Positions 11,053 through 20,759 of a DNA stretch of 41,599 nt are shown here, one piece after another. Origin of the DNA: Negativicutes bacterium (lineage in GTDB: Bacteria > Bacillota > Negativicutes > UBA1444); assembly GCA_963665275.2 (NCBI GenBank), contig CAXXIN010000010.1, forward strand, positions 1 to 41,599, given 5' to 3'. The notes beneath the pieces were generated by a model that saw only the letters and a program-made list of their open reading frames with translations, was not told the origin of the DNA and ran no database searches. Positions within the stretch are counted from its first letter, which is position 1. Every line of letters begins with the position of its first letter. A program made the translations under genes and the position numbers.

Positions 11053-12165
11053 ATGCAGAGACTCGCGTTGGAGTTCGTACGCCCCAAAATGGTTTTGGCC
11101 CGGGACGTCTACGACCAGGATGGAACCATCATGGTTTCTGCCGGAACTGCTCTGACCGACAGCCTGCTCACCCGCCTGAACAAGTGGGAAATACGCTCCG
11201 TCTTTATTCGCAATCCTCGCATTGAATTGCCTTCAATTCCAGCAGCGATGCAGGAACGGACACGAAACCGGGCCCGGTTGATGGTAGAACACGCCTTTCA
11301 GCTAATCCGGCGGGCCGAGCAATTTTCTCTGACGGAAGAAGAAACGCAAACGATTCATTCCGTAGTACATGACGCCACGCAAGACCCCCAGGCGCTTGTC
11401 CATATGGCCCATATCGACCGCAATTCCAGCGACATCCTCTCGCATTCCGTCAATGTAGCCCTGCTGTCCGTTGCTACGGCGCTGTCCCTGGGCATCAACA
11501 AAATTGCTCTCTTGCAGGAACTGGCCTTAGCTGCACTGCTGCATGACATCGGACTGCTGATGATCCCGCAAGATCTGATTGTCCGGCGTGGCAGTCTCAC
11601 CTCCGAAGAAGCCGCCATTTACAGGGAGCATGCGAGTTGGGGCCACACCATTCTCCAGCAATCCTCGCTGCCTGACTCGATAATCCACGTCGCATACGAA
11701 CATCATGAGCACACTGACGGAACAGGGTATCCCAAACAGTTGACCGGTCAGTCCATTCATCCTTTTTCCCGAATTGTATCCGCCGTCAACTCTTACGAAA
11801 ACATGTGCGCCAATGTTTTCCTTAGCCAGGATTCCCAGCGACATCTTGCTTACGAATCAATCATGGCCGGCAGCGGCACCCGGTTTGACCTGAAAGTTGC
11901 CAAAGCGCTGCTCTCGAGGCTACCTATGTATCCCTCTGGCAGCATGGTGGAGTTGACCAATGGCCTCGTCGGCGTTGTCGTTTCAACAACCAGTCAGGAT
12001 ATGCCCCATCGACCGCAATTGAAGATTTTGGCCGACTCCGCTGGAAATCAGCTGGAAACGCCTTATTTACTGGATCTGGCCGGACTGGAGAATCAAACGC
12101 TCTTTGTCCGCGAAGTCCTGAGCGACGAACGCGCGTCCCGGTTCATGTTGCCAGCCGACAACTGA
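11053..12165 (+). CDS. HD-GYP domain protein (partly degenerate)
   Basis: HSVNVA, LHDIG, HHEHTDGTGYP and C-terminal YPSGSMVEL. Confidence 0.88.
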   Translation: MQRLALEFVRPKMVLARDVYDQDGTIMVSAGTALTDSLLTRLNKWEIRSVFIRNPRIELPSIPAAMQERTRNRARLMVEHAFQLIRRAEQFSLTEEETQTIHSVVHDATQDPQALVHMAHIDRNSSDILSHSVNVALLSVATALSLGINKIALLQELALAALLHDIGLLMIPQDLIVRRGSLTSEEAAIYREHASWGHTILQQSSLPDSIIHVAYEHHEHTDGTGYPKQLTGQSIHPFSRIVSAVNSYENMCANVFLSQDSQRHLAYESIMAGSGTRFDLKVAKALLSRLPMYPSGSMVELTNGLVGVVVSTTSQDMPHRPQLKILADSAGNQLETPYLLDLAGLENQTLFVREVLSDERASRFMLPADN

Positions 12166-12201
12166 AGCTCGGCACTGCAAACGATCTATTTTATGGGAAA
12201 C

Positions 12202-12256
12202 TCAAAAACGGGGCCGCGGAAAACTTTTGCAAGTTTTTCCACGGCCCCGTTTTTGA
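12202..12256. terminator. Bidirectional intrinsic terminator
   Basis: TCAAAAACGGGGCCGCGGAAAACTT...AAGTTTTTCCACGGCCCCGTTTTTGA between convergent genes. Confidence 0.85.
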
Positions 12257-12287
12257 TATACGTTTTATGGTACGTCCGAAAATCGCG

Positions 12288-13358
12288 TCAATCGTCCTGA
12301 TCGCCGCCGAAGAAGCCACCCAGGTTGGGAACAATAGACCCTTCACCTTTCGACCCGCCACGCTGAGGAGCTGCCTGCAGCATTCGCCCGGCCAGCCGCG
12401 AGAACGGCAACGATTGCAGCCACAACCTGCCCGGCCCTCGCAATTCTGCGAAGAATAGCCCCTCTCCGCCAAACAGCGCAGTTTTGATGTTTCCCGCCTG
12501 TTTGACATCAAACTGAACTGACGGCTCGAACGCCACTACACAGCCGGTATCAACATGCAGTACTTCCCCCGGTTGCAGAACACGTTCAACAATGGTGCCG
12601 CCGGCATGCATGAACACCATCCCTGTTCCTTCCAGTTTTTCCATGATAAACCCTTCGCCGCCGAACAGACCTGTCATGATTTTACGCTGAAAATAGATGC
12701 CGATAGATACACCGCGCGCGGCGCAGAGGAAGCTGTCTTTCTGACAAATGAGCATTCCACCGACATCCGTCAGTTTCACCGGAATGATATTCCCGGGGTA
12801 AGGAGCGCCAAAGGCCACATGGGCCTTTCCCTGTCCCCTATGCGTGAAAACCGTTATAAACAGGCTTTCCCCCGTCAGGAGCCGTTTGCCGGCACCCAGC
12901 AGTTTGTCCATAAAACCACCTTGGGCGGAAGCCTTCGAGCCGTCACCAAACAAGGTATCCATTTCCACAGCGACTTCTTTGTACATCATGGCGCCAGCTT
13001 CCGCCACAGCGCTTTCCCCGGGGTCAAGTTCAATCTCGACAAACTGCATCTCACTGCCGACAATTTTATAATCCACTTCGTCAGTCATTCCCGGCATATT
13101 TACCTGGCCCGCAGGCCCACCATACCCCGCTCCGCTGGCGTATACCGGCACCTGGGCCTGCACAGGCGATATCGGTTGTACCGCTGCAGCAGGCTGCGGC
13201 ATTACTGGCAGCAATTCCGGCACCTGTTGAATCGGAAGCCACTGGGCGAACCCGTCCCTCCAGGCAAGTCCATTCGGATTGGCTTGAGCTTGTGCACGTG
13301 CCTGGAAATCATCCATAGGGCCGACCTGTTGTCCATTGTAAGCTAAAAACCAAGGCAT
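12288..13358 (-). CDS. TIGR00266/AIM24-family protein with N-terminal GYF_2-like domain
   Basis: WFLAYNGQQVGP...AWRDGFAQW, then a P/Q/A linker, AEAGAMMY, GLFGGEGF twice and WLQSLPFSRL. Confidence 0.85.
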   Translation of the reverse strand: MPWFLAYNGQQVGPMDDFQARAQAQANPNGLAWRDGFAQWLPIQQVPELLPVMPQPAAAVQPISPVQAQVPVYASGAGYGGPAGQVNMPGMTDEVDYKIVGSEMQFVEIELDPGESAVAEAGAMMYKEVAVEMDTLFGDGSKASAQGGFMDKLLGAGKRLLTGESLFITVFTHRGQGKAHVAFGAPYPGNIIPVKLTDVGGMLICQKDSFLCAARGVSIGIYFQRKIMTGLFGGEGFIMEKLEGTGMVFMHAGGTIVERVLQPGEVLHVDTGCVVAFEPSVQFDVKQAGNIKTALFGGEGLFFAELRGPGRLWLQSLPFSRLAGRMLQAAPQRGGSKGEGSIVPNLGGFFGGDQDD

Positions 13359-13407
13359 TACGATTCCTCCCTGTCTTTTGCATGAGAAAATTATTGTGTG
13401 TTAAATA

Positions 13408-13434
13408 ATTAGCCATATTATGAAAAAATCCTGC
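13408..13434 (-). promoter_or_regulatory. Sigma-H-like promoter
   Basis: Minus strand GCAGGATTT...GCTAAT, same spacing as the other sites. Confidence 0.4.
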
Positions 13435-13514
13435 CAATGTTCCTTATAGAGCCTTTCGGGGGCAAAAAAAAGTTCTGCCGCTATTACAAGGCAAAACCAT
13501 CACACCAGTCCCTA

Positions 13515-13673
13515 TTATTTTTTTGCGTCAGACTGTGCCCCACAGCCACAGCCGCCGCATCCCGCACAACCGCCAGAACCACAGCTGGAACTCTTTCCAA
13601 AGGATTTATAACCCCGCCACAATAAATATCCAGCGGCGGAAGCTCCAATCAAACCTACAAATACTGTTTCCAA
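13515..13673 (-). CDS. FeoB-associated Cys-rich membrane peptide (52 aa, absent from the ORF track)
   Basis: TTG start after GGAGG. Translation METVFVGLIGASAAGYLLWRGYKSFGKSSSCGSGGCAGCGGCGCGAQSDAKK has one TM helix and a Cys/Gly tail. Confidence 0.8.
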   Translation of the reverse strand: METVFVGLIGASAAGYLLWRGYKSFGKSSSCGSGGCAGCGGCGCGAQSDAKK

Positions 13674-13694
13674 AATATTGCGCCTCCAGTTAAT

Positions 13695-13749
13695 TGAAAT
13701 TATTTATCATTTACAATTTAATTTTAGACGACTTCAATCGTTTTGTCAA
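13695..13749 (-). promoter_or_regulatory. Sigma-A promoter with downstream Fur-like box
   Basis: TTGACA(13749-13744)-17 nt-TAAAAT(13726-13721). TGAAATTATTTATCA at 13695-13709 matches 11/14 positions of TGATAATnATTATCA. Confidence 0.7.
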
Positions 13750-13895
13750 ATATTATGTGTACCCTATATTAATTGACTAGAACCCAAATATATTTTGTTT
13801 CTTATTGGATGCCCTGCAATCTTATTAATGTTTTTTATTTTCATTCACGGTAATACTCTTTACAGCCTTAAATTTCGTTAAAATTCCAAAAATGT

Positions 13896-13924
13896 TTGAA
13901 AGAGTTCGTATTGCATGATATATT
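13896..13924 (+). promoter_or_regulatory. Sigma-A promoter of the DeoR-kdu operon
   Basis: TTGAAA-17 nt-TATATT with TG extended -10. Confidence 0.6.
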
Positions 13925-13954
13925 ATTAGCAGTATATCAAAGGGGGGCACTGTT

Positions 13955-14716
13955 TTGTTGGCTATCAAGCGGCTCGAAGTTATTTCCCAGTTATTGTCCG
14001 AGAACGGCAGTGTCGACGCAACCCAACTCAGCGAGCGGTTTGACGTCACACCCAAAACAATACGCAAAGATCTCGACAAGCTCGAAAGCCTGGGATTACT
14101 CGATCGGGTCCACGGTGGCGCAGTTTTGAAACGAACCGACAACAGCGTTTTGCCCATCGAACAACGCAAGCTTCAGAATGTGCCGGAAAAACGTCGGATT
14201 GGAACCGCCGCATTGGATTTTGTGCAGGAAGGCGACACCATCATCATCGACGGTGGCAGCACTACGCTCGAGTTAGCTCGACTATTAGGCGAGAAACGAA
14301 TATTAGCCATAACCGGCGATTTGAAAATCGCTCTGGAACTCATGAATAAAACGAATGTTGACCTCTTCGTTACCGGCGGACACCTTCGTCGGGACAGCAG
14401 CTATACCTTGCTTGGCCGGGACGCTGAGAGAATTTTGGAAAAATACAAGGCAAAAAAAGTGTTTTTGGGCACTACCGGGCTGGACCTGAAAAATGGGCTG
14501 TCCGTTTTGAATTCCGATGAAGCCGAAGTAAAAAAAGCCATGATATCAGCTGCTCAAGAGGTCATCTGTCTGGTCGACTACAGCAAATTTAACCACGTCG
14601 CCTTTGCTCCCTTTTGCCCTATGGAAAAAATCGACGTGCTTATTACCGACAGCCGGATCCCGCCGGCGGAACGCGAAGATTTACAACGGCGGGGAATAAA
14701 GGTTCACGCCATCTGA
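13955..14716 (+). CDS. DeoR/GlpR-family transcriptional regulator
   Basis: VTPKTIRKDL...RVHGGA HTH, IIDGGSTT and DYSKF. Confidence 0.92.
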   Translation: MLAIKRLEVISQLLSENGSVDATQLSERFDVTPKTIRKDLDKLESLGLLDRVHGGAVLKRTDNSVLPIEQRKLQNVPEKRRIGTAALDFVQEGDTIIIDGGSTTLELARLLGEKRILAITGDLKIALELMNKTNVDLFVTGGHLRRDSSYTLLGRDAERILEKYKAKKVFLGTTGLDLKNGLSVLNSDEAEVKKAMISAAQEVICLVDYSKFNHVAFAPFCPMEKIDVLITDSRIPPAEREDLQRRGIKVHAI

Positions 14717-14762
14717 CGCTATTCAAACATTACGAGAATTTATTGAAAGAAGGGATTTAATC

Positions 14763-15590
14763 ATGGAAATTCGCTATGCACATCACCCGGAAGACTTCAA
14801 AACATATACTACCGAAAAAACGCGCCGGGAGTTTTTGATTCCTTCTGTTATGATCCTTGGAGAAATCACTTTGGTCTACAGCCATGTCGACCGCATTATA
14901 GCTGGCGGAGTCGTGCCTGTTGAACCGTTGGCGCTTGCAGCCGGCAAGGAAATGGGTGTCTCGTTCTTTCTGGAACGCCGCGAACTCGGCATCATCAATG
15001 TCGGCCCTCAAGGCACAGTCACCCTGGACGGCGAAAAACATCTCCTCGACAAAACGGATGGCCTGTATGTCGGTCTCGGCGTAAAAGAGATCATTTTTTC
15101 CAGCACCGACCCGAAAAATCCTGCCCGTTTCTATCTCAACAGCACTCCTGCGCACAAGGCGTATCCCACCACCAAGATCCTGCGCAAGGACATTCAGCCG
15201 GCGGCGCTCGGTTCGCTGGCGCAGTCCAACGAGCGTAAAATTTACAAATATATTCATCCGTTGGGAGTCAAGAGCTGCCAGCTCGTCATGGGCATGACCG
15301 CTCTCGAAACAGGCAGCATGTGGAATACGATGCCGACTCATACGCATGAGCGCCGTATGGAAGTTTATTTCTACTTTGATATGCCGGAGGAAGCGGCGGT
15401 TTTCCATATGATGGGCCAACCGGATGAAACTCGCCATATCGTCGTCCGGCAGGAACAGGCCGTCATCTCGCCAAGCTGGTCGATCCACTCCGGCGTCGGC
15501 ACTGTCAACTATACTTTCATTTGGGGAATGGCCGGTGAAAACCAAACGTTCGACGACATGGACCATGTGCCGATGAAAACCCTGAAATAA
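14763..15590 (+). CDS. kduI: 5-dehydro-4-deoxy-D-glucuronate isomerase
   Basis: YSHVDR, FLERRELGIINVG, WNTMPTHTHERRMEVY and SPSWSIHSG. Confidence 0.96.
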   Translation: MEIRYAHHPEDFKTYTTEKTRREFLIPSVMILGEITLVYSHVDRIIAGGVVPVEPLALAAGKEMGVSFFLERRELGIINVGPQGTVTLDGEKHLLDKTDGLYVGLGVKEIIFSSTDPKNPARFYLNSTPAHKAYPTTKILRKDIQPAALGSLAQSNERKIYKYIHPLGVKSCQLVMGMTALETGSMWNTMPTHTHERRMEVYFYFDMPEEAAVFHMMGQPDETRHIVVRQEQAVISPSWSIHSGVGTVNYTFIWGMAGENQTFDDMDHVPMKTLK

Positions 15591-15615
15591 TTTTGTCTAT
15601 GGGGGGGATTTTACT

Positions 15616-16761
15616 ATGCTGAAAGAACTGAAATTCCATGGCGACTCCATCCGCATCGGCCGCGGTTCTATTTCCACAGTGAAAGAACTGGGCGCGAAGC
15701 GCGTTTTCCTAGTTACCGGCGGCAGTTCGATGTTCAACAATGGCGCCATCGGCAAAATCGAAGCCATGTTGAAAGCGTCAGGCGCCGAGTTGATGATCCA
15801 GTCCGGCGTTCCGGCCAACCCTCCTGTCGCTGTAATCAAGCAGGGCCTTGATCGCATGCGCTCATTTGAGCCGGACACGGTCATCGGCATCGGCGGCGGC
15901 TCCGCCATGGATGCTGCGAAGCTAATGGCGCTTTTTTACGATTATCCTGAACTGGATATCGAGACAGCCATTAAGGCAGGACTGCCGGCCAAACGAAAAG
16001 CAATCCGGCTGGTGTGCATTCCCGCCACATCCGGCACTGCTTCAGAAGTCACGCCTTTTGCCGTAGTAACCTTCATTATGGAGAATCTCAAAATTGGCGC
16101 CAAATCATCAGCCCTCGTGCCTGACCTGGCAATTCTAGATCCCGAACTCACCCTGTCAATGCCGTCGCATGTTGCGGCTGAAACCGGAATCGACGCGCTG
16201 ACCCATGCCATCGAATGCTTTACCAACCCTTCTGTCGATGATTTCACCGGTTGTCTCGCTGCTGGGGCGGTGGAAAACTTATTTGCGTACCTCCCCGCTT
16301 CCGTCAATCAAGGCGATATCGACTCCCGCGAAAAAGTCCACTACGCCCAGTGTATGGCGGGTTGCGCTTTTGCTAACTGCGGTACCGGCATGGACCACGG
16401 CATCGCCCACGCTTTCGGCGGCCGGTTCAACCTTGGGCACGGACTGCTCAACGCCGTGGGTCTGCCTTACGTCATCCGCTTCAACAACCGCGATCCATGG
16501 GTCCGGGACCGATATGAATATTTGGCCCGACGTCTTGGCGTCGCTGACCTGGCAACTGCGGTCCTGACCCTGAATCAATCGGTTGGAATTGCCGCGTCTT
16601 TCTCTGCCATCGGCGTACCGACTGATGCATTTCATGCAGAAATGGACGATTTAGTTGAAAATTCGCTCAAAGGCGGAACCCGGATCAACCCGGTACCGAT
16701 CAGTCCGGCAGAAATGAGTCTCCTTCTGACCAATATATTTAATGGAACATTGCCCAACTAA
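15616..16761 (+). CDS. Iron-containing alcohol dehydrogenase
   Basis: GGGSAMDAAK, PATSGTASE, DALTHAIE and H...HG metal ligands. Confidence 0.92.
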   Translation: MLKELKFHGDSIRIGRGSISTVKELGAKRVFLVTGGSSMFNNGAIGKIEAMLKASGAELMIQSGVPANPPVAVIKQGLDRMRSFEPDTVIGIGGGSAMDAAKLMALFYDYPELDIETAIKAGLPAKRKAIRLVCIPATSGTASEVTPFAVVTFIMENLKIGAKSSALVPDLAILDPELTLSMPSHVAAETGIDALTHAIECFTNPSVDDFTGCLAAGAVENLFAYLPASVNQGDIDSREKVHYAQCMAGCAFANCGTGMDHGIAHAFGGRFNLGHGLLNAVGLPYVIRFNNRDPWVRDRYEYLARRLGVADLATAVLTLNQSVGIAASFSAIGVPTDAFHAEMDDLVENSLKGGTRINPVPISPAEMSLLLTNIFNGTLPN

Positions 16762-16810
16762 ATCGGGCAGTGCTTCCCAAAATAATCAAAATGCGAAAGG
16801 AGTTTATTCT

Positions 16811-17572
16811 ATGATTCTCGACAAATTCGACCTCAAAGGCCGCGTGGCCATCGTTACAGGCGCTAGCCGTGGTCTGGGCGCAGGCATGGCGATCGGACTG
16901 GCGGAAGCCGGCGCCGACCTCGTAGTCGTCGCCAGCAGTGCGCGCCTGCAGGAAACCGTGGACAAGATCAAGGCTCTGGGCCGCCGCTGCATTGGAGTTC
17001 AGGCTGACCTGATCGATACCAAAGTCATTCCGGGTATCATCGAAGCCACTCTGAAAGAATATGGACGTCTCGACATCCTAGTGAACTGCGCCGGCATCAT
17101 CCGCCGCGCACCGGCCATCGAGTTTTCCGAGAAAGATTGGGATGATGTAATCCAGATCAATCAAAAATCCCTGTTCTTCCTTTGCCAAGCGGCGGCCAAA
17201 GAAATGGTCAAACAAAAAAAAGGGAAGATTATCAACGTTTCTTCTCTGCTCGCCTTCCAAGGCGGCATCATCGTTCCATCCTACACAGCTTCCAAGTCGG
17301 CAGTGGCTGGACTCACCAAGGCATTGGCCAATGAATGGGCAGCGCTTGGCATCAACGTTAATGCGATTGCCCCAGGTTATATGGCCACAGAAATGACTGA
17401 AGCCCTACAAAACAGCGCCGAACGTGCACCCGCCATTCTGGCCCGTATTCCCTCAGGTCGCTGGGGTACGCCGGAAGACATGAAAGGACTCGCTGTTTTC
17501 CTCGCTTCCGATGCCGCTGAGTATATGCAAGGTCAAATCATCGCCGTCGATGGCGGTTGGTTGGGTCGCTAG
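16811..17572 (+). CDS. kduD: 2-dehydro-3-deoxy-D-gluconate 5-dehydrogenase
   Basis: SDR TGASRGLG, AGIIRR, FQGGIIVPSYTASK and VDGGWL. Same operon as kduI. Confidence 0.93.
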   Translation: MILDKFDLKGRVAIVTGASRGLGAGMAIGLAEAGADLVVVASSARLQETVDKIKALGRRCIGVQADLIDTKVIPGIIEATLKEYGRLDILVNCAGIIRRAPAIEFSEKDWDDVIQINQKSLFFLCQAAAKEMVKQKKGKIINVSSLLAFQGGIIVPSYTASKSAVAGLTKALANEWAALGINVNAIAPGYMATEMTEALQNSAERAPAILARIPSGRWGTPEDMKGLAVFLASDAAEYMQGQIIAVDGGWLGR

Positions 17573-17609
17573 ATCAACGCAAGCTGAACGTTTTTAACTC
17601 GCCGCAAGA

Positions 17610-17652
17610 GAATGGGCCATCTGAGCACCGCTAGGTGTCAGATGGCCCATTC
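17610..17652. terminator. Hairpin/terminator between convergent operons
   Basis: GAATGGGCCATCTGA...TCAGATGGCCCATTC. Confidence 0.75.
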
Positions 17653-17691
17653 CGATTTCTTACTGATTTTTCGCTGGTGATTTCCGGTTGC

Positions 17692-18329
17692 TTATTTTTC
17701 TACCGGCTGCGTATAGAATAATTTGTTCCGGTCGACGGATTCAGCCACGCCGGTCTGGTTCTGAAGCGCAGTCGCCACTTTCGCCAGATTGGCAGCCGTA
17801 TACTTCATGATATCGATGCCTTCCAGATCCTTGTCAGCATCCTTCGCGCCTTTGGCGCCGGCGACAGCCACATTCCAGTACATGGAGCCCGGAATGACCA
17901 TATCGTTGATGAAGTACCAGAGCAGGAGTTCGCCGAAGGCGTATACTTGGCCCGCACGCCTTGCCACCGTCACCGGTGCTCCCACTTTGCCGCTCAGCAT
18001 GCGCCCGGACGCCCGGGCCGAGAAGGTAACACGTTCCAGCAAGGCCTGAAGTAACGAGGTTGGTTTGCCAACGTATACCGGCGAACCAATCACGATGATA
18101 TCCGCCTGCTCCATCTTCTGAAAAATCGCTTCGAAATCGTCATCCTGCACGCATTTTTTTTGCTGTCAGACATCCGTAGCAACCGCGGCAGGGTTTGACC
18201 GTCTTATCCAGCATCGGAATGAATTCCGTCTCGATACCTTTCTGTTCCAGTTCAGATAAAACAGTCCCGCAGATAATACTCGGTGTTTCCCTTTTCTCGC
18301 GGCGACCCGCAGATAGCAATGGCTTTCAT
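17692..18329 (-). CDS. Iron-sulfur flavoprotein / multimeric flavodoxin family (frameshifted)
   Basis: MKAIAICGSPREKGNT, a CRGCYGC...C cluster, GSPVY and VARRAG. Confidence 0.85.
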
Positions 18330-18359
18330 AGTCAAACTCACCCCCCACTGAATTATTTT

Positions 18360-18387
18360 ACGTCGGCAGGAAAACTCCTGCCGACGT
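18360..18387. other. Perfect 12-bp intercistronic hairpin
   Basis: ACGTCGGCAGGA-AAAC-TCCTGCCGACGT with no U-tract in the direction of transcription. Confidence 0.6.
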
Positions 18388-18404
18388 CAGTCCCCTGTGA
18401 ATTT

Positions 18405-19688
18405 CTATTTGGCGGCTTCGACCGCGACTTCAACCGGTGCTTTGCGCTTTTCGGCAATGCCGAAATAAATGATGGACGAGGAAATCAGGCAAGATGCGGC
18501 TAACAGCTTGAACGCTGCATCATAGTTGCCGCCGGTGTAATCGATGATCATCCCGATCGCCAGCGGAGCAACTAAGCCTCCCAGCTGACCGCCGGTGTTT
18601 ACGAAGCCGCTGCCGGAACCCATCAGGTTCTCTGGCAGGTAAATGACCGGCAATGCCCAGATGGAACCGAGCGCCATGAATAGGAAGCCGGCTGCCAAAC
18701 TTTGATACAGCAGTGCATATTCAGGCGAGGGAGTCGTATAGAACAGATAGAGGCATATCGCACCGACCAACTCGGCGAAAACAACCAGGTAACGCCGACG
18801 GCCCCGGAATAATTTATCGGACATCCAGCCGGACAGCAACATGCCGACAGTAGCCACGAAGAAAGGAATGGAAGCGGCAACCGCCATCCGGGCCAGGTTC
18901 ATGCCGCGAACCTTGACCAGGTAGGTCGGCAGCCAAGTCATATAGCCCCAGATAGGCACGGTCAGGAAGAACACGCCGAAGAACATAACCCAGATCCGTG
19001 GTTCTTTCATCAGTTCCCAGAAAGAAGACTTGGGTGCGATGCTTTGTTCCAGATTGGCGCTGGCGGCATCATCGGCAGCTCGCTCTTCTTTGATCTGCCG
19101 AACTTCCTCCGGAGAGATCCCGGGGAACTGTTCGGGTTTATCCACGATATAGCGCCAGCTGATGTATACGCAGACGAGGCCGAGCGCGCCAAGGATATAG
19201 AAAACGCTGCGCCAGCCGTAGGTCGCGATGAGAGGAGCAACAATCAGAGGATGTCAACGCCGGCCCCAGTGTGGTGGATGTCAGCACGCAGGAGTTCGCC
19301 GTTCCACGATCTTTTTTGCTGAACCAGGAACCGACGATTTTCCACACCGGCCCGGAAAGGTTCCTTCACCGGCGCCGAACACGAAACGGACCAGCAACAT
19401 ATGAGTCATGTTCGTCACCACGCCTGTCAGCATGGTGAAAACCGACCATATGGCCAACGCATAAGTGATGACCCTGCGGGCGCCAAACTTGTCAGCCAGC
19501 CAGCCGCCTGGAATCTGGAATCCTGCATAGCCCAAGAAGAATGCGCTGAGTATGCCGCCGAGAGCTGTCGCGGAAAGATTGAATTCCTTGCCGATATACG
19601 GCAACGCCATACTGATCGCCATCCGGTCGAGCCACGCCACTAAATAACACAATAATACCGCGCTGATGACCTTTTTGCTTGTTTTCAT
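18405..19688 (-). CDS. MFS transporter, anion:cation symporter-like (frameshifted)
   Basis: WLDR, QIPGGWLADKFGAR, RFVFGAGEG, TWLPTYL and many TM helices. Confidence 0.88.
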
Positions 19689-19739
19689 TCCCTTTCTATC
19701 CTCCTTTTTTCGTCCCCCGGAGTTTTTCGTTCAGGTCGC

Positions 19740-20749
19740 TTAGCCCCACCGCACTGCAGTGGCCGCCCACGTATAGCCGGTTCCGGCGCCGAGCATGACA
19801 ACCAGGTCTCCTTTTTTGATCCGTCCGAGCTTTTCTGCTTCCAACAGGGAAATATATGCATCCGCCGACTGACAGTGGCCATAGTTCTCGAGGATGAACG
19901 AGTTCTCTTCCGTCAGCCCGAACTCGGACAAAACACCATTCAGAATCGATTTTTTCATGAAAATCGGCGCGATGAAATTGATATCTTTATCGGTAAAGCC
20001 GCTCTTCTCGACCGCCTTTTTGATAACTTCAACGAAGTGGGGCAGACTGATGGGGTCGAGTTTTTCCTTCATGGATTTTGGATCCTTCACATCCAGGTTT
20101 CGCAGAGGATAATCGAGAGTATCCAGTTTGTTATAATTGTAGGAACCCACGCCATAGCAGGCAACGTCTTCGGCGAACCGGCCATCGGTGATCATGTGGC
20201 TCGACAACACCGTGTTGTGTTCGTATCCCTTCACCAGCAGCGCAGCCGCCGCACCGTCGCCGAAATTGTACATGAAGCGTGCGCGGGGGTTATCGAGGCC
20301 TATTAGATCTGTTTCTTTTGATGATGAAACCAACAAAACATTGTTGATATCTGGATTGGTGAGCATCATGCTCTTCAGCACATTCAGCGACCATACGCCT
20401 GCCGAACAAAGGGAGTGGATTTCGAAGGCGTTGGCCCGGGTGGCGCCGATGGCGCTCTGCACTTTAGCGGCCAGGTTGAACAGATAATAGTCCTTGTATT
20501 CGCTGCCGCAATAAACCACCAGATCCAGATCCAGCGGATCAATCACTTCCAGGATCTGCCTCGCTGCTTTGATGGCCATATCAGATACATGCTCGTCCGG
20601 TCCGGCCTTATGCCGCTGTTTGATGCCGAACTTCACTTCCAGCGTTTCCTTGGGGATTCCGGACTTTTCAGCAATATAAGCGCTGTCCTGGATCAGGGGG
20701 GGTACATACATCGCGATTTTTTGATACCTACAGTGTTTGCTTCAGCCAT
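19740..20749 (-). CDS. 3-oxoacyl-ACP synthase III-like (thiolase-fold) protein with atypical active site
   Basis: KFGIKQRH, SLCSAG (catalytic Cys), NFGDGAAA, YGHCQSAD and GAGTGYTW. The true start appears to be ATG 20749 with one A missing in an A6 run. Confidence 0.85.
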
Positions 20750-20759
20750 GGGTTCCTCC

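Noticed and set aside
14757-15566. Long antisense ORFs over kduI and similar ones over the AIM24, D-aminoacylase and EAL genes
   Set aside because: Shadow ORFs of well-supported genes, with no motifs or RBS.
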